A stretch of 64,000 bases of DNA, taken from positions 544,001-608,000 of the forward strand of contig CAVQEQ010000001.1 of NCBI GenBank assembly GCA_963711565.1, in the 5' to 3' direction. The DNA comes from an uncultured delta proteobacterium. GTDB lineage: Bacteria > Desulfobacterota > Binatia > Binatales > Binataceae. Below the pieces are notes generated by a model that saw only the letters and a program-made list of their open reading frames with translations, made no database searches and had not been told where the DNA came from. A program made the position numbers and the translations under genes. This document shows, piece by piece, positions 1 through 11,185 of the stretch (positions are counted from its first letter, which is position 1; every line of letters starts with the position of its first letter).

Positions 1-7
1 ATTCATC

Positions 8-946
8 ATGGCCAAGATTGCACTCGCTTGCACTATCCTTCCCGACAGCCCGCCGACGCGCCTGATCGAATGGTCGCGCGCGGCGGAGGAAGCGGGCTTT
101 TCGGGCGTCTTCATGACTGAGGCGAACAACGACTCGATTGCCTGCGCGCTCGCGCTCGGGCTTCACACCAGGCGAATCAAACTCGGCACCGCGATCACCA
201 ACATTTATCTGCGCCACCCTAATCTGCTCGCCAATGAAGCGGCGGCGGTGCAGGAATTCACCGGCGGACGATTCATCCTCGGTCTCGGCACGGGGCATCG
301 CGAGGGCAATTCCGCACTCGGAATCGACATGGGAGTGCCGCTGACGCGGATGCGCGAAACGGTGAAGACGCTGCGCGCCGCACTCGACGGCGGCAAAACG
401 GGCCCGCGCGTCAGCGCGAAGCTGCCGCTCTACCTGGCGGGCGTCTCGCGCCCGATGGTGAAGCTGGCCGGCGAAATCGGCGACGGCGTCATCTTCAACT
501 TCTTTCCGCCGGCGCGGGTCAAGGAAGCGCTTGGCGAGTTGGCCGAGGGCGCGAAGATCGCCGGCCGCGATGTCAAGCAGATCGAGCCGACACTATTCGC
601 GACCGCATTCATCTCCGACGACCTCGAAGCGGCGCGCCGCCCCGCGCGCAAGCTGCTGTCACGCTACGGCGCATTGAAATTCTACGGCAACATGATGGCG
701 CATTCGGGGTTCGAGCGCGAAATCTCCGCGATTCGCGGGGCGGGACGCGATGCCGACGCGGCTATCGCCGCGGTCAGCGACGAGCTGATCGATGCGACTT
801 TGCTGGTCGGCTCGGAGTCGCGCGTTCGCGATCGGCTGCAGGAGCTATGCGCGCCGGGAATCGGCACCGCGATCGTCTTTACGAATCCGGTCAACGAGGA
901 CCGCAACGCCGCCGTGCTGCGAACGATCCGCGCGCTCAAGCAGTAA
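8..946 (+). CDS. LLM-class flavin-dependent oxidoreductase (luciferase-like monooxygenase/F420-type)
   Basis: AEEAGFSGVFMTE, RIKLGTAI, GRFILGLGTGH and LYLAG..PMVKLAGEIGDG motifs typical of the LLM family. Confidence 0.85.
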   Translation: MAKIALACTILPDSPPTRLIEWSRAAEEAGFSGVFMTEANNDSIACALALGLHTRRIKLGTAITNIYLRHPNLLANEAAAVQEFTGGRFILGLGTGHREGNSALGIDMGVPLTRMRETVKTLRAALDGGKTGPRVSAKLPLYLAGVSRPMVKLAGEIGDGVIFNFFPPARVKEALGELAEGAKIAGRDVKQIEPTLFATAFISDDLEAARRPARKLLSRYGALKFYGNMMAHSGFEREISAIRGAGRDADAAIAAVSDELIDATLLVGSESRVRDRLQELCAPGIGTAIVFTNPVNEDRNAAVLRTIRALKQ

Positions 947-954
947 CGCACGCC

Positions 955-1725
955 TTACGGCACGTCGTCCTGATCGGCGGGGTTCTGATCGCTGGGGCTG
1001 CGGGCTAGCGCGACGCGATCGTAAAAGTGCCTGATGCGCTTGGCGTTGACGCCAAAGTCACCAATCCCGTCGCGCGATTTCGATCGCATCTCGATCAGGC
1101 TCGCGCCATCGGGCGTCGGCCGAATCTGGATCACGACATCGTCATGGAAATGGAACAGCCTGGAAGTGGCGACCGCCTCGAACGTATCCGTGGCCGGATC
1201 CTTGTAGGTAATCTTCCACGTCGGAATCGCCTGGGCGACCTCGATCACACGCGCGTAGGCGTCCGCCGGTGAAAGGCGTTCCTTGATCGGACCGATCGGG
1301 CCGTAGCCGGCCAACTGCCGGTCGGCATACTTCGCCTTGTTGTATTTCATGTCGCGATTCGGCTCATGCTGCAGTTGCTCGGCGTAAACGAACTCGGGCG
1401 AATCGTCGAAATCAGTCGTGATGTCGTTGATGGGCGGATACTTGGAGCCGCTCAGCACGATGATAATCATCGGCACCGCAATCAGCGCGCATATCACCGT
1501 GCCCACCACTGCCCGATTGCGCCCGGCTCGGAGCTGCGGCGTGCGCGTCAGAAAAATCGCGAGCAGACCGACCAATGAACCAATTATGCTCAGCAGGAAC
1601 CCCAGAGCGAAGAGCTGGAACCCCAAGAACGCCGGAACAAAATAGAAATGCGCGCCGATGACTCCCACCAGTATCATCGTGATCGCCAATAGCGCGTCAA
1701 AGAATGCGAGCCATGCAAAGGTCAT
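955..1725 (-). CDS. DUF1499-like membrane-anchored protein
   Basis: Three N-terminal TM segments, PPINDITTD, then ATSRLFHFHDDVVIQIR...EMRSKSRDGIGDFGVNAKRI. Confidence 0.8.
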   Translation of the reverse strand: MTFAWLAFFDALLAITMILVGVIGAHFYFVPAFLGFQLFALGFLLSIIGSLVGLLAIFLTRTPQLRAGRNRAVVGTVICALIAVPMIIIVLSGSKYPPINDITTDFDDSPEFVYAEQLQHEPNRDMKYNKAKYADRQLAGYGPIGPIKERLSPADAYARVIEVAQAIPTWKITYKDPATDTFEAVATSRLFHFHDDVVIQIRPTPDGASLIEMRSKSRDGIGDFGVNAKRIRHFYDRVALARSPSDQNPADQDDVP

Positions 1726-1752
1726 CCACTTTTCTCCCGTGAGAGATTCGCG

Positions 1753-2565
1753 TCAGCGGCCCGGCGCCTGATTCTTGATTCCGCGCACCACGAACTGCGG
1801 CAATACGAACAGAAACGATCCTCCCGCGACTGCGCGATCGATGTCGGTGAACCAACCCTCGACCTCGGCTGCCGCGATCTTGCCGGAGTCGCGAGCGTAC
1901 CGCGCGAAACTGGCCTTCAGCATCGGCATCGAGCGCCCGACGGTATCCGCGCCGGCGTGGATCTCGACATTCACGTCGTCAAGCCCAGCGGCGCGAAACA
2001 ACCGATAAAGCTGGCGTCCGATCTGCGGCTCCCTTATCGCAATCGCCTTCGACGCCGCGATGATTCGATCGCTGCGCTCACGCGCCGCAGCGCCGATATC
2101 GAGCGCGAGCATGTCCCAGTCGCTGTCAACCGCAACCGCAATCCCGCCCGGCGCCGTCACCCGCGCCATTTCCGCGACAGTATCGGCCGCGGAATCGACA
2201 TATTCAAGAACGTTTTTGCACCAGACGCGGTCGAACGAGGCGTCGGGAAAGGGCAGTGGCGGAAACGCGCTTTGTACGAACTCCGCTGCCAGCTTGGCCT
2301 CGCGCGCGCGTGCGCCGGATCGCTCGACGAATTCGGCGTTGATATCGACGCCAGTCACTTTGCCGCCTGGAGCCACGCGCCGAGCCAGCTCGAAGGTGGT
2401 GTGGCCGGGACCGGAGCCGACATCGAGCACACGCAGACCAGCTTTGAGCTCGAGCGGCCGCAGCAACGGCTCCATCGCGGGGTGATAGGCGAGGATTTTG
2501 TCGTATGCGCTGTGGCGATCCGGGTCGATATCGACCCAATGCTGCTTGTAGTAAGGCTCAGCCAT
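1753..2565 (-). CDS. Class I SAM-dependent methyltransferase (UbiE-like)
   Basis: VLDVGSGPG motif I, GVDIN, LPFPDASFD, RVTAPGG. Confidence 0.85.
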   Translation of the reverse strand: MAEPYYKQHWVDIDPDRHSAYDKILAYHPAMEPLLRPLELKAGLRVLDVGSGPGHTTFELARRVAPGGKVTGVDINAEFVERSGARAREAKLAAEFVQSAFPPLPFPDASFDRVWCKNVLEYVDSAADTVAEMARVTAPGGIAVAVDSDWDMLALDIGAAARERSDRIIAASKAIAIREPQIGRQLYRLFRAAGLDDVNVEIHAGADTVGRSMPMLKASFARYARDSGKIAAAEVEGWFTDIDRAVAGGSFLFVLPQFVVRGIKNQAPGR

Positions 2566-2578
2566 GACCGATGAGCGA

Positions 2579-3451
2579 TCAGACGAGACGGAGTTCCTTC
2601 ATCGCGATGCGCAACTTCTCAGCAGGCCCCGCGGTCATCGGCACCAGTGGCAGCCGCAACTCGTTGGCGCACTTGCCCATGAACGCGACCGCCTGCTTGA
2701 CAGGAATTGGATTGGTCTCGACGAACAGCGCGCGCATCATCGGCAGCAACCGGTAATGAATCTCGCGCGCCTTCGCGAAATCACCAGCTAGCGCGGCGGC
2801 CGCGAGATCGTGCACCTCGCGCGGGACTATGTTGCTGCACGTCGAGATGACGCCCTTCCCGCCGAGCGCCATTACGGGCAGCGTGAGCGCGTCGTCGCCC
2901 GACAGAATCGTTATCCGGTCGCCGCACATCTTGAGGATGTCGGACGACTGATCCATCGAGCCCGACGCCTCCTTGATGCCGACGATGTTCTTGATCTCGG
3001 CCAGCCGCGCAACGGTCTCGGGCAAGATGTTCGACGCGGTACGGCCCGGGATGTTGTACACGAACAGCGGGATATCCACGCTCGCCGCGATCGTCTTGTA
3101 GTGCCGGTAGATGCCGTCCTGAGTGGGCTTGTTGTAGTAGGGCGATAGCAGCAGCGCGCCGTCCGCGCCCATCTCGCGCGCCGCCGCGGTCAGCCGAATC
3201 GCCTCGGCGGTCGAATTCGATCCGGTGCCCGCGATGACCGGGACGCGTTTGCGCGTCTGCTCGATTGTGATCTTGATCACGCTGTCGTGCTCGGCGTGCG
3301 AGAGCGTGGCGGATTCACCGGTCGAGCCGCACGGGACCAGCCCGTCGATGCCACTCTGGATCTGCCATTCGATCAGATCGCGCAACGCCGGTGCGTCCAC
3401 CTCGCCGTCGCGAAACGGCGTTACGAGAGCAGTCAGTGCGCCATTGAACAT
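2579..3451 (-). CDS. dapA: 4-hydroxy-tetrahydrodipicolinate synthase
   Basis: GSTGES, PYYNKP, YNIPGRT, GIKEASG, ETNPIPVK. Confidence 0.97.
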   Translation of the reverse strand: MFNGALTALVTPFRDGEVDAPALRDLIEWQIQSGIDGLVPCGSTGESATLSHAEHDSVIKITIEQTRKRVPVIAGTGSNSTAEAIRLTAAAREMGADGALLLSPYYNKPTQDGIYRHYKTIAASVDIPLFVYNIPGRTASNILPETVARLAEIKNIVGIKEASGSMDQSSDILKMCGDRITILSGDDALTLPVMALGGKGVISTCSNIVPREVHDLAAAALAGDFAKAREIHYRLLPMMRALFVETNPIPVKQAVAFMGKCANELRLPLVPMTAGPAEKLRIAMKELRLV

Positions 3452-3473
3452 CGTTCGTAGCCTCCCGCGTCGC

Positions 3474-4382
3474 TCATTTCACCGGGACCATCTCATCGGC
3501 GCCGAGCTCGACCGCACCGCTGAAAACCTCGACGGCGTTGCCGGTCATGAAAACGTGATTTGCGTCGGGACCGTCGGCGCGCCATTCGATTTCAAGATTG
3601 CCGCCGCGCAGCTCGATCGTTGCAGTCCGCTCGGAATGATTCGTCAGCACAGCCCCGACCAGCGCCGCGCATGCGCCCGTGCCGCAAGCCCAGGTCTCGC
3701 CCGAGCCGCGCTCCCACACGCGCATCTTTAGATTGCGGCGCGAAGAAGCCAGGATGAACTCGGTGTTCACGCGGCGCGGAAAGAACGGATGATGCTCAAA
3801 CTCGCGGCCCAGCGCGGCAAAATCGCGATCTTGCAGCTTGAATACACCGTCATCAGCAACGAACACCACGCAATGCGGATTGCCCATCGAGACCGCCGTG
3901 ATCGATTCGCGCCGGCCTGCGACCTCAAGAGGATAGTCGGTGATTCGGCCGTCGGCATTGACCGGGATGTCACGGCCTTCGAGAATCGGCTCGCCCATAT
4001 CGACCGTCGCGCCCATTACTCGGCGCCCTTCCAATCGCAGCGCAACGGTCTTCAACCCGGCGTCGGTCTCGACGACCATTGGATTCGCGCGCACCAGGCC
4101 GCGCTCGAAGGCGAGCCGCGCCAAGCATCGGATTCCGTTGCCGCACATGTCGCCGCGGCTGCCGTCCGCGTTGTACATTTCCATCCGGATGTCGGCCCTG
4201 CTCGACGGCGCCAACATGATCAGACCGTCGCCGCCGACGCCGAAATGGCGATCGGAAAGTTTCACTGAGAGCGCGGACGGATCGGCGGGACGCGCGCGCA
4301 TCGCAACGATATAGATGTAATCGTTGCCGCATCCGTGCATCTTGGTGAATTCGAGCGTTGCCATCGCGCTGTGCGCTCTCAC
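3474..4382 (-). CDS. dapF: Diaminopimelate epimerase (alternative start ATG 4364)
   Basis: FTKMHGCGNDY, MCGNGIRC, MGNPH, ERGSGETWACGTGA. Confidence 0.97.
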   Translation of the reverse strand: MRAHSAMATLEFTKMHGCGNDYIYIVAMRARPADPSALSVKLSDRHFGVGGDGLIMLAPSSRADIRMEMYNADGSRGDMCGNGIRCLARLAFERGLVRANPMVVETDAGLKTVALRLEGRRVMGATVDMGEPILEGRDIPVNADGRITDYPLEVAGRRESITAVSMGNPHCVVFVADDGVFKLQDRDFAALGREFEHHPFFPRRVNTEFILASSRRNLKMRVWERGSGETWACGTGACAALVGAVLTNHSERTATIELRGGNLEIEWRADGPDANHVFMTGNAVEVFSGAVELGADEMVPVK

Positions 4383-5638
4383 GCCGTCTTGAGGTCAACG
4401 ATATGTTCGCCGTGAATCTGGTCCTCGAAGCTGTCGCGATCGCGAATCACGTGCGCGTCGGCGCCGTCGACCAGAATCTCGGGCGCGCGCGGACGGCTGT
4501 TGTAGTTCGACGACATCACGAAGCCGTACGCGCCGGCACTCATCACCGCGAGCAGGTCGCCCTCCGCGGGCTCCGCCATCTCACGCTCGCGCGCGAAGAA
4601 ATCGCCGCTCTCGCATACCGGTCCGACGATGTCCGCGGTCACGGTCTTGCCGGGTTTGCGGCGATCGACGGGAATGATCGAGTGATACGCCTCGTACAGC
4701 ACCGGACGAATCAAATCGTTCATCGCGCCATCGATCACGACGAAGCGCTTCACATCGGTTTCTTTATTGTAGAGGACCTTGGTCACCAGCACTCCCGCGT
4801 TGCCGACCATCACGCGTCCCGGCTCGGTGATTATCTTGAGCCCGAGACCCGCGATCGGCTTCAGCAGAGCGTGCGCGTATTCCGACGGCGGCGGCGGCTG
4901 TTCCTGATACGGGATTCCGAGACCGCCGCCGAGATCGAGATACTTCAGCGCGATCCCCGCGCTGCGCAGCCGACCCACAATCGCGGCAACCTTCTGTCCC
5001 GCTTCGGCAAACGGCGCCATCTCGGTTATCTGCGAGCCGATATGGGTGCTGAGGCCGACGATTTCGAGCTGCGCGAGCGCGCTGGCCTCGGCGTAATACT
5101 CGTCCACCTGCGAAAGCGGCACACCGAATTTGCTGTCGCGATGGCCGGTGGAGATGTGCGGATGCGTACCCGGATCGAGATCGGGATTCACCCGCAGACT
5201 GACGGGCGCGCGATGCTTCATCCGGCCCGCGACCTCGGCCACGCGATGCAGTTCGGGGCGTGACTCGACGTTGATCATCAGGATGCCGGCTTCGAGCGCT
5301 GCCAAGATCTCCTCATCAGTCTTGCCGACCCCGGAGAACACAATCTTGCGCGGGTCCGCGCCGATGCGCAGGCATCGCATCAACTCGCCGACCGACACGA
5401 TATCGAATCCCGCGCCCATCGAGGCGAACAACTTCAGGATGCTCAGATTCGACAGCGCCTTCATCGCGTAGCAGATCAAATGATCCGTGCCGGCGAAGGC
5501 CTCGTCGAAGACGCGGAAATGGCGCCGGAGCGTGCGCGCGCTATAAACGAAAAAAGGCGTGTTGATTCGCCGCGCCAGGTCGGCGATCGGCAGGTCCTCG
5601 GCATAAAGCTGATCGTTGCGGTATTCGAAGTAGTTCAT
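4379..5638 (-). CDS. lysA: Diaminopimelate decarboxylase
   Basis: Start trimmed to MNYFEY (ATG 5638); YAMKA PLP lysine, HIGSQ, EPGR, GPVCESGD, GAYG..MSSNYNSRPR. Confidence 0.96.
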   Translation of the reverse strand: MNYFEYRNDQLYAEDLPIADLARRINTPFFVYSARTLRRHFRVFDEAFAGTDHLICYAMKALSNLSILKLFASMGAGFDIVSVGELMRCLRIGADPRKIVFSGVGKTDEEILAALEAGILMINVESRPELHRVAEVAGRMKHRAPVSLRVNPDLDPGTHPHISTGHRDSKFGVPLSQVDEYYAEASALAQLEIVGLSTHIGSQITEMAPFAEAGQKVAAIVGRLRSAGIALKYLDLGGGLGIPYQEQPPPPSEYAHALLKPIAGLGLKIITEPGRVMVGNAGVLVTKVLYNKETDVKRFVVIDGAMNDLIRPVLYEAYHSIIPVDRRKPGKTVTADIVGPVCESGDFFAREREMAEPAEGDLLAVMSAGAYGFVMSSNYNSRPRAPEILVDGADAHVIRDRDSFEDQIHGEHIVDLKTA

Positions 5639-5727
5639 CGCGATGTTACGACAGGGCGAAGTTTCGTTTCTATCATAGCGCAACCCCGCGAATAAACTGA
5701 CGCTCCCAGTCAGGTTCGCGCCCAATC

Positions 5728-6234
5728 CTATTGAATGGGGACGGGGGTCGGCACTACGAAAGTATCGGGGTTCGGCGGTGCCGATGCATGCTTGCGCACG
5801 ATCCTCACATCGTTCGACGGCTCGCTGACGTAGCCGTCGGTGGTGCTCGAAGTCACCTGGTAATGATAGGTCTTGCCCATGATGGTCGCGCCGTCGATGA
5901 AGGTAAATGTATTCTGTACCTGGAAGCGCCCTTCGTCGTGCACTTCGACTTCGCCAATCTTCTCGACCGGGCCACCTTCCATCGTGCGCGAGATTGTGAA
6001 ACCGCCGAGGTCTTTCATCTTTTGACCGCCTGCGTAATTCACCGGCCGGTCCCAGGTCAGCCGAATTCCCTCCTTGGCATTGGCCGCCTCGAGCCCCATG
6101 ATTTGCTCGGGACGCGCCGCCTCCGGCGGTATCGGTGGCGACTTCACGCCGCATCCGAGGAGCACGATATTCAAGAGCGCGGCAATCATAAGCCCGAGCG
6201 TCAACCACTTCGCGCCGTTGGGTTTCCGATTCAT
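5728..6234 (-). CDS. Lipoprotein with FN3-like domain
   Basis: Lipobox LLGC followed by GVKSPPIPP; beta-rich LTW...YHYQV...SEPSN pattern; lies between argH and lysA. Confidence 0.7.
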   Translation of the reverse strand: MNRKPNGAKWLTLGLMIAALLNIVLLGCGVKSPPIPPEAARPEQIMGLEAANAKEGIRLTWDRPVNYAGGQKMKDLGGFTISRTMEGGPVEKIGEVEVHDEGRFQVQNTFTFIDGATIMGKTYHYQVTSSTTDGYVSEPSNDVRIVRKHASAPPNPDTFVVPTPVPIQ

Positions 6235-7613
6235 CGACCTCCGAGCTCCTTCAGGCGGCGCTTGACCGTGGCCGGCGCCGGACCGCCTTCGATCGTGCGC
6301 CGCGCGAGCGAATTCTCGGCGCGAAGAATCGCGATCGCGTCGGCGCCAAACGCGTTCGAATGCCGCCGCAACTCCGCGATGCTCAAGTCCTCAAGCGTCT
6401 TGCCCGCTTCGGCCGTTTCCCGAACTATCGCGCCGACGATCTCGTGCGCCTGGCGAAACGCAGTGCCGCGACTGACCAGGTATTCCGCGAGATCCGTCGC
6501 CAGCGCAAATCCTCCCGCCGCTGCGCGCATGCGCTTTAGATCAAACCGCAACATCGGCCAAAACTTTGCCAGAAGATCGAGCGCGGGTTTCAGTGCGTCG
6601 AGCGCGTCGAACACGCGTTCCTTGTCTTCCTGCAAGTCAGAGTTATAAGCGAGCGGCAGGCCCTTCAAAACAGTCAGCATCGCGACGAGATCGCCGAACA
6701 CGCGGCCAGTCTTGCCGCGAATCAGTTCCAGCAGGTCGGGATTCTTTTTCTGCGGCATCATCGAGCTACCGGTAGAAAACTCGTCGGGAATCGCCGCGAA
6801 CCCGAACTCCGCGCTCGTCCAGAGAATTATTTCCTCGCACATCCGCGACAGATGCACCTGCGTGAGCGCGGCCGCCGAAAGAAAATCCACCACGAAATCG
6901 CGATCCGACACCGCGTCCATGCTGTTGGCGGTGATCGCCTTGAACCCCAGCAGCCGCGCGACCATTCGGCGATCGAGGCGTAGCGTCGTTCCCGCCAATG
7001 CTCCCGCGCCGAGCGGCATGACAGCGGTGCGCGCCGCGGCCTGCTCGAAGCGTTCGCGGTCTCGGCCAAGCATCTCGACATAGGCAAGCAAGTGATGCGC
7101 GAGCGTGACGGGCTGCGCGCGTTGCAAGTGCGTGTAGCCGGGCATGATCGTCGCGACGTGGCGCCGCGCGAGCTTAGCAAGCGTCGCGCGGAGCCCCGCG
7201 ATCAGCGCAATCACGCCAGCGATCTCGTCGCGCAAGAAAAGCCGCATGTCGAGCGCGACCTGATCGTTGCGCGAACGGCCGGTGTGGAGCTTGCGCCCCG
7301 GCTCGCCGATCAGTGCGATCAGCCGTCGTTCGATCGCCAGGTGAATATCTTCGTCTGCGATATCGAATTTGAAGCGTCCATCCGCGATTTCACTTTCGAT
7401 CCGTTCGAGTCCGGCGACGATCGAGCGCGACTCGCCCGCCTTGAGTAACCCGACCTTCGCAAGCATCTGCGCATGCGCGATCGATCCGCGAATATCGTGC
7501 CGGAACAGCCGCCGGTCGAATGGCAACGACGCGGTAAAGGCTTCGACCTCAGGCAGGCGGCCGCGCGCAAATCTCCCGCGAATGAGATTTTTCTTGCTGG
7601 GACGTACTTTCAC
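6231..7613 (-). CDS. argH: Argininosuccinate lyase
   Basis: HTGRSRNDQ, MPGYTHLQRAQP, GSSMMPQKKNPD signature. Confidence 0.97.
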   Translation of the reverse strand: MKVRPSKKNLIRGRFARGRLPEVEAFTASLPFDRRLFRHDIRGSIAHAQMLAKVGLLKAGESRSIVAGLERIESEIADGRFKFDIADEDIHLAIERRLIALIGEPGRKLHTGRSRNDQVALDMRLFLRDEIAGVIALIAGLRATLAKLARRHVATIMPGYTHLQRAQPVTLAHHLLAYVEMLGRDRERFEQAAARTAVMPLGAGALAGTTLRLDRRMVARLLGFKAITANSMDAVSDRDFVVDFLSAAALTQVHLSRMCEEIILWTSAEFGFAAIPDEFSTGSSMMPQKKNPDLLELIRGKTGRVFGDLVAMLTVLKGLPLAYNSDLQEDKERVFDALDALKPALDLLAKFWPMLRFDLKRMRAAAGGFALATDLAEYLVSRGTAFRQAHEIVGAIVRETAEAGKTLEDLSIAELRRHSNAFGADAIAILRAENSLARRTIEGGPAPATVKRRLKELGGR

Positions 7614-7647
7614 GATGAAGCGAGCGAACTGGTTCGCGACGCGCGAA

Positions 7648-7824
7648 TCAATTGAGGGGCCGCAACTGGCAGGTGCATCCGCGCGCCGCGCAACTCATCG
7701 AACCGTCGGGATGCGTGATATGAACGTCCATCTTGTGATGGCAATGGTCGCAGTCTCCGGTCCGCGGACGGGGCACAAGTTTGGGCTGTGTGCGTACAGG
7801 CTTGAACTGGATGACCTTGCCCAA
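7648..7824 (-). CDS. 58-aa Cys/His-rich putative metal-binding microprotein (not in ORF track)
   Basis: Manual translation from TTG 7824 to TGA 7648: MGKVIQFKPVRTQPKLVPRPRTGDCDHCHHKMDVHITHPDGSMSCAARGCTCQLRPLN; nearly fills the argG-argH gap and starts 4 nt after the argG stop. Confidence 0.7.
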   Translation of the reverse strand: MGKVIQFKPVRTQPKLVPRPRTGDCDHCHHKMDVHITHPDGSMSCAARGCTCQLRPLN

Positions 7825-7828
7825 ATCG

Positions 7829-9046
7829 CTAACCCTTGGTGCTCGTACGCGCGAGCGCTCGAAGCCTCACGCCCGCAAGCCTGATGAATCCGTCGGCGTC
7901 GGCCTGGTTATATCCGCCCGCTTCCTCGAAGCTCGCGATCTTCGGATCGTACAGCGAGTTCGGCGATTTGCGGCCGGCGATCCACACGCCACCCTTGAAG
8001 AGCTTCAGCCGCGCCACGCCGTTCACGTTTTTCTGCGTATCGTCCACCAGCGCCTGCAGCGCCTCGCGCTCGGGCGCAAACCAATATCCGTAATACACCA
8101 TTTCGGCGTAGCGTGGGATAAGCGAGTCGCGCAGATGCATCACCTCGCGATCCAGAGTGAGCTGCTCGACCGCGCGATGCCCATGGAAGAGGATCGTCAC
8201 GCCGGGCGTCTCGTAAACCCCGCGCGATTTGATTCCAACGTAGCGGTTCTCGACGAGATCGACGCGCCCGATCCCGTGACGTCCCGCGATTTCGTTGGCG
8301 CGCTCGATGATTCCCGCGGGCGCGAGCCGCTCACCGTTGATCGCCACCGGATTGCCGCCAGCGTATTCGATTTCGACGTACTCCGGCTTGTTCGGCGCGT
8401 CCTCAGGCGACACGGTCATGCGGAACATGTCGTTGTAAGGCTCGCGCCACGGGTCCTCGAGGATGCCGCCCTCGTAGCTGACGTGGACCATGTTGCGATC
8501 CATCGAGTACGGCTTCTCGGCGGTCACGGTCAGGGGAATTTTCTTTTCGTTGGCGTAAGCGATCATGTCGGCGCGGCCCACGAACGGCCAATCGGCCCGC
8601 CGCCACGGCGCGATGATCTTCAGGTCCGGCGCGAGCCGCGCAAACGTCAACTCGAATCGCACCTGGTCGTTGCCCTTGCCGGTGCATCCGTGAGCGACGG
8701 CGTCGGCGCCTTCCTGGCGCGCAATCTCGACCAGTTTCTTTGCGATGACCGGCCGCGCGATCGACGTGCCGAGCAGGTAGTAGCCCTCGTACACGGCATT
8801 CGCGCGCAGCATCGGGAAGACGAAGTCGCGTGCGAATTCCTCTCGCAGATCGACGAGATAAAGTTTGCTCGCTCCGGTCTTGAGCGCCTTCTCTTCGAGG
8901 CCCTCGGTCTCGTCGCCCTGCCCGACGTCGGCGCAGTATGCGATCACCTCGCAGCCGAACCGATCTTTGATCCAGCGCAGCATCACCGACGTGTCGAGTC
9001 CGCCGGAATACGACAGCACCAGTTTTTTTATTTTCTCGGTCGCCAC
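7829..9046 (-). CDS. argG: Argininosuccinate synthase
   Basis: [40 protein letters not shown]. Confidence 0.97.
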   Translation of the reverse strand: MATEKIKKLVLSYSGGLDTSVMLRWIKDRFGCEVIAYCADVGQGDETEGLEEKALKTGASKLYLVDLREEFARDFVFPMLRANAVYEGYYLLGTSIARPVIAKKLVEIARQEGADAVAHGCTGKGNDQVRFELTFARLAPDLKIIAPWRRADWPFVGRADMIAYANEKKIPLTVTAEKPYSMDRNMVHVSYEGGILEDPWREPYNDMFRMTVSPEDAPNKPEYVEIEYAGGNPVAINGERLAPAGIIERANEIAGRHGIGRVDLVENRYVGIKSRGVYETPGVTILFHGHRAVEQLTLDREVMHLRDSLIPRYAEMVYYGYWFAPEREALQALVDDTQKNVNGVARLKLFKGGVWIAGRKSPNSLYDPKIASFEEAGGYNQADADGFIRLAGVRLRALARTSTKG

Positions 9047-9059
9047 GATTATTAGACCC

Positions 9060-10001
9060 TCACGCCTGCGACGGCGAAGTCCGCAAAATTTCAGGACGTA
9101 TCAGCCAGACCATCACCGCCTTCTGCGCATGCAGCCGGTTCTCGGCCTGATCGAGCACCACCGAGCGCGGGCCGTCGAGCACGTCGTCGGTGATTTCCTC
9201 GCCGCGATGCGCCGGCAGGCAGTGCATCACGATCGCGCCCTTGCGCGCGTGCTTCAAGAGCGCGTCGTTGACCTGGAAACCCTTGAAGTCGCGCCGGCGC
9301 TGCACCGCTTCCTTCTCACGTCCCATCAACGTCCACGTATCAGTGTAAACAACGTCCGCGTCCTTGACCGCCTCGGCAGGATCGTCGGTAAGTGTGCCGA
9401 TTTCCTCGTTGCGCAGCCGCTTCATGAACTCCTTCTCCGGCCCGTAGTCTTTCGGACAGGCGAGCCGCAGCTCAAAGCCCGCGAGCGCCGCCGCTTCGAT
9501 CCAGCTCTGCGCAAGGTTGAAGCCGTCGCCAACGAACGCGACGCGCACTTTGCTAAGATCGCGCCCGAAGCGCTCCTGCAACGTCATCAGATCGGCGAGC
9601 AACTGGCACGGATGCAGCAAATCGGTGAGCCCGTTAATGACCGGCACGGTCGCCTCGCGCGCCAGCTCGACCGCGGTCTCGTGCGAGAATGTGCGAATCA
9701 TGATCAAATCCACGGTTCGCGAGATGTTGCGCGCGACATCCTTCACGGACTCGCGCTCGCCGATACCGATATCATTAGGCGCGAGATAAATCGCGTGCCC
9801 GCCAAGCTGCGCCATGCCGGTCTCGAACGTGACCCGCGTCCGCAGCGACGGCTTCTGAAATACCATCGCGAGCGTCCGCCCGCGCAGGTACGGATGGTCG
9901 AGTCCGATCTTGAGCTCGGCCTTTAGCCGCGCGCCCAGCGCGAGCAGTCCGTTGAGTTCAGCCGGCGAAATCGAGCTGAGATCGAGAAAGTCGCGTTTCA
10001 T
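9060..10001 (-). CDS. argF: Ornithine carbamoyltransferase
   Basis: Start MKRDFL (ATG 10001 overlaps argD TGA); [25 protein letters not shown]. Confidence 0.95.
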   Translation of the reverse strand: MKRDFLDLSSISPAELNGLLALGARLKAELKIGLDHPYLRGRTLAMVFQKPSLRTRVTFETGMAQLGGHAIYLAPNDIGIGERESVKDVARNISRTVDLIMIRTFSHETAVELAREATVPVINGLTDLLHPCQLLADLMTLQERFGRDLSKVRVAFVGDGFNLAQSWIEAAALAGFELRLACPKDYGPEKEFMKRLRNEEIGTLTDDPAEAVKDADVVYTDTWTLMGREKEAVQRRRDFKGFQVNDALLKHARKGAIVMHCLPAHRGEEITDDVLDGPRSVVLDQAENRLHAQKAVMVWLIRPEILRTSPSQA

Positions 10002-11185
10002 TTCGGAATCGGCGTGCTCTTGAATGCATTCTCGATAATCGCGAGGCCCGCGTCCGCTTCCTCGCGCGTAAGATTCAACGGCGGCAACAGCCGCAGCACG
10101 TTGCCCGCGGTGCCGTTGACGAGCAGCCGATGCTTGAGACACTGCTCGACAATCGGCCGCGCGTCGTGCTTGAGCACCGCGCCGATGATCATCCCGAGTC
10201 CGCGAACCTCGACGATTCGGTCGCACGAGCGCGCGAATCTAGCGAGCCGCTCGAGGATGTAAGCGCCGACGCTCGACGCGTTCTCGAGCACCTCGTCCTG
10301 CTCGAGCGCGTCGATCACGGCACAAGCCGCAGCGCATGCGACCGGATTCCCTCCGAACGTGCTGCCATGGCTGCCGGGCGTGAAGCTCGACGCTATCTCG
10401 GCGCGCGCAATCATCGCGCCGATCGGAAGCCCTCCACCCAGCGCCTTCGCCAGCGTTACGATGTCCGGTTTGATGCCGACGTGCTCGAACGCGAAAAATT
10501 TCCCGGTGCGTCCCATCCCGGTCTGCACTTCATCCAGTATCAGCAGCATCTTGTTGCGATCGCACCAGTCGCGCACCCGCTTTAGGTAATCCGCGCGCGG
10601 CACGACGACGCCGCCTTCGCCCTGGATCGGTTCGACCATCACGCCGACGGTTTCATCGCGCCGTGCGTGATCGAGCGCCGCGATATCGTCGTACGGGATC
10701 ATTCTGAAGCCGGGCATCAGCGGCTGGAACCCCTGATGGTAGCGCTCCTGGCCGGTCGCGCTCACAGTCGCGAGCGTGCGTCCGTGAAACGACCCGAGCG
10801 TCGTCAAAATCTCAAAACGTCCGTTGCCCCATCGCCGCGCGAGCTTTATGGCAGCCTCGTTGGCTTCGGCGCCCGAGTTGCCCAGGAAAACTTTGCCGTC
10901 GCCGAAATGATTCGCCAGCTTCTCGACGAGTCGGGCGGTCGGTTCGGTATGAAACACGTTGGAAACGTGCGTGAGCTTCTCCGCCTGCTCCTTGATCGCC
11001 CGCACGACGCGAGGATTTCCGTGTCCGAGGCTGGTAACCGCGAGCCCGCAGAAAAAATCGAGATAGCGATTGCCGTCAGCGTCGTACAGATACGCGCCGT
11101 GCCCACGCGCGAACGCGATCGGCAGGCATCCGTACACATCGACCATGTTGCGATGCGTGAGTTCTATTATCTCGGCGTTGTTCAT
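9998..11185 (-). CDS. argD: Acetylornithine aminotransferase
   Basis: Start MNNAEI (ATG 11185 overlaps argB TGA); [34 protein letters not shown]. Confidence 0.95.
   Translation of the reverse strand: MNNAEIIELTHRNMVDVYGCLPIAFARGHGAYLYDADGNRYLDFFCGLAVTSLGHGNPRVVRAIKEQAEKLTHVSNVFHTEPTARLVEKLANHFGDGKVFLGNSGAEANEAAIKLARRWGNGRFEILTTLGSFHGRTLATVSATGQERYHQGFQPLMPGFRMIPYDDIAALDHARRDETVGVMVEPIQGEGGVVVPRADYLKRVRDWCDRNKMLLILDEVQTGMGRTGKFFAFEHVGIKPDIVTLAKALGGGLPIGAMIARAEIASSFTPGSHGSTFGGNPVACAAACAVIDALEQDEVLENASSVGAYILERLARFARSCDRIVEVRGLGMIIGAVLKHDARPIVEQCLKHRLLVNGTAGNVLRLLPPLNLTREEADAGLAIIENAFKSTPIPK

Noticed and set aside
5639-5727. Lysine riboswitch upstream of lysA
   Set aside because: Gap is only about 90 nt and shows no L-box features; just a short hairpin and a possible -10 box
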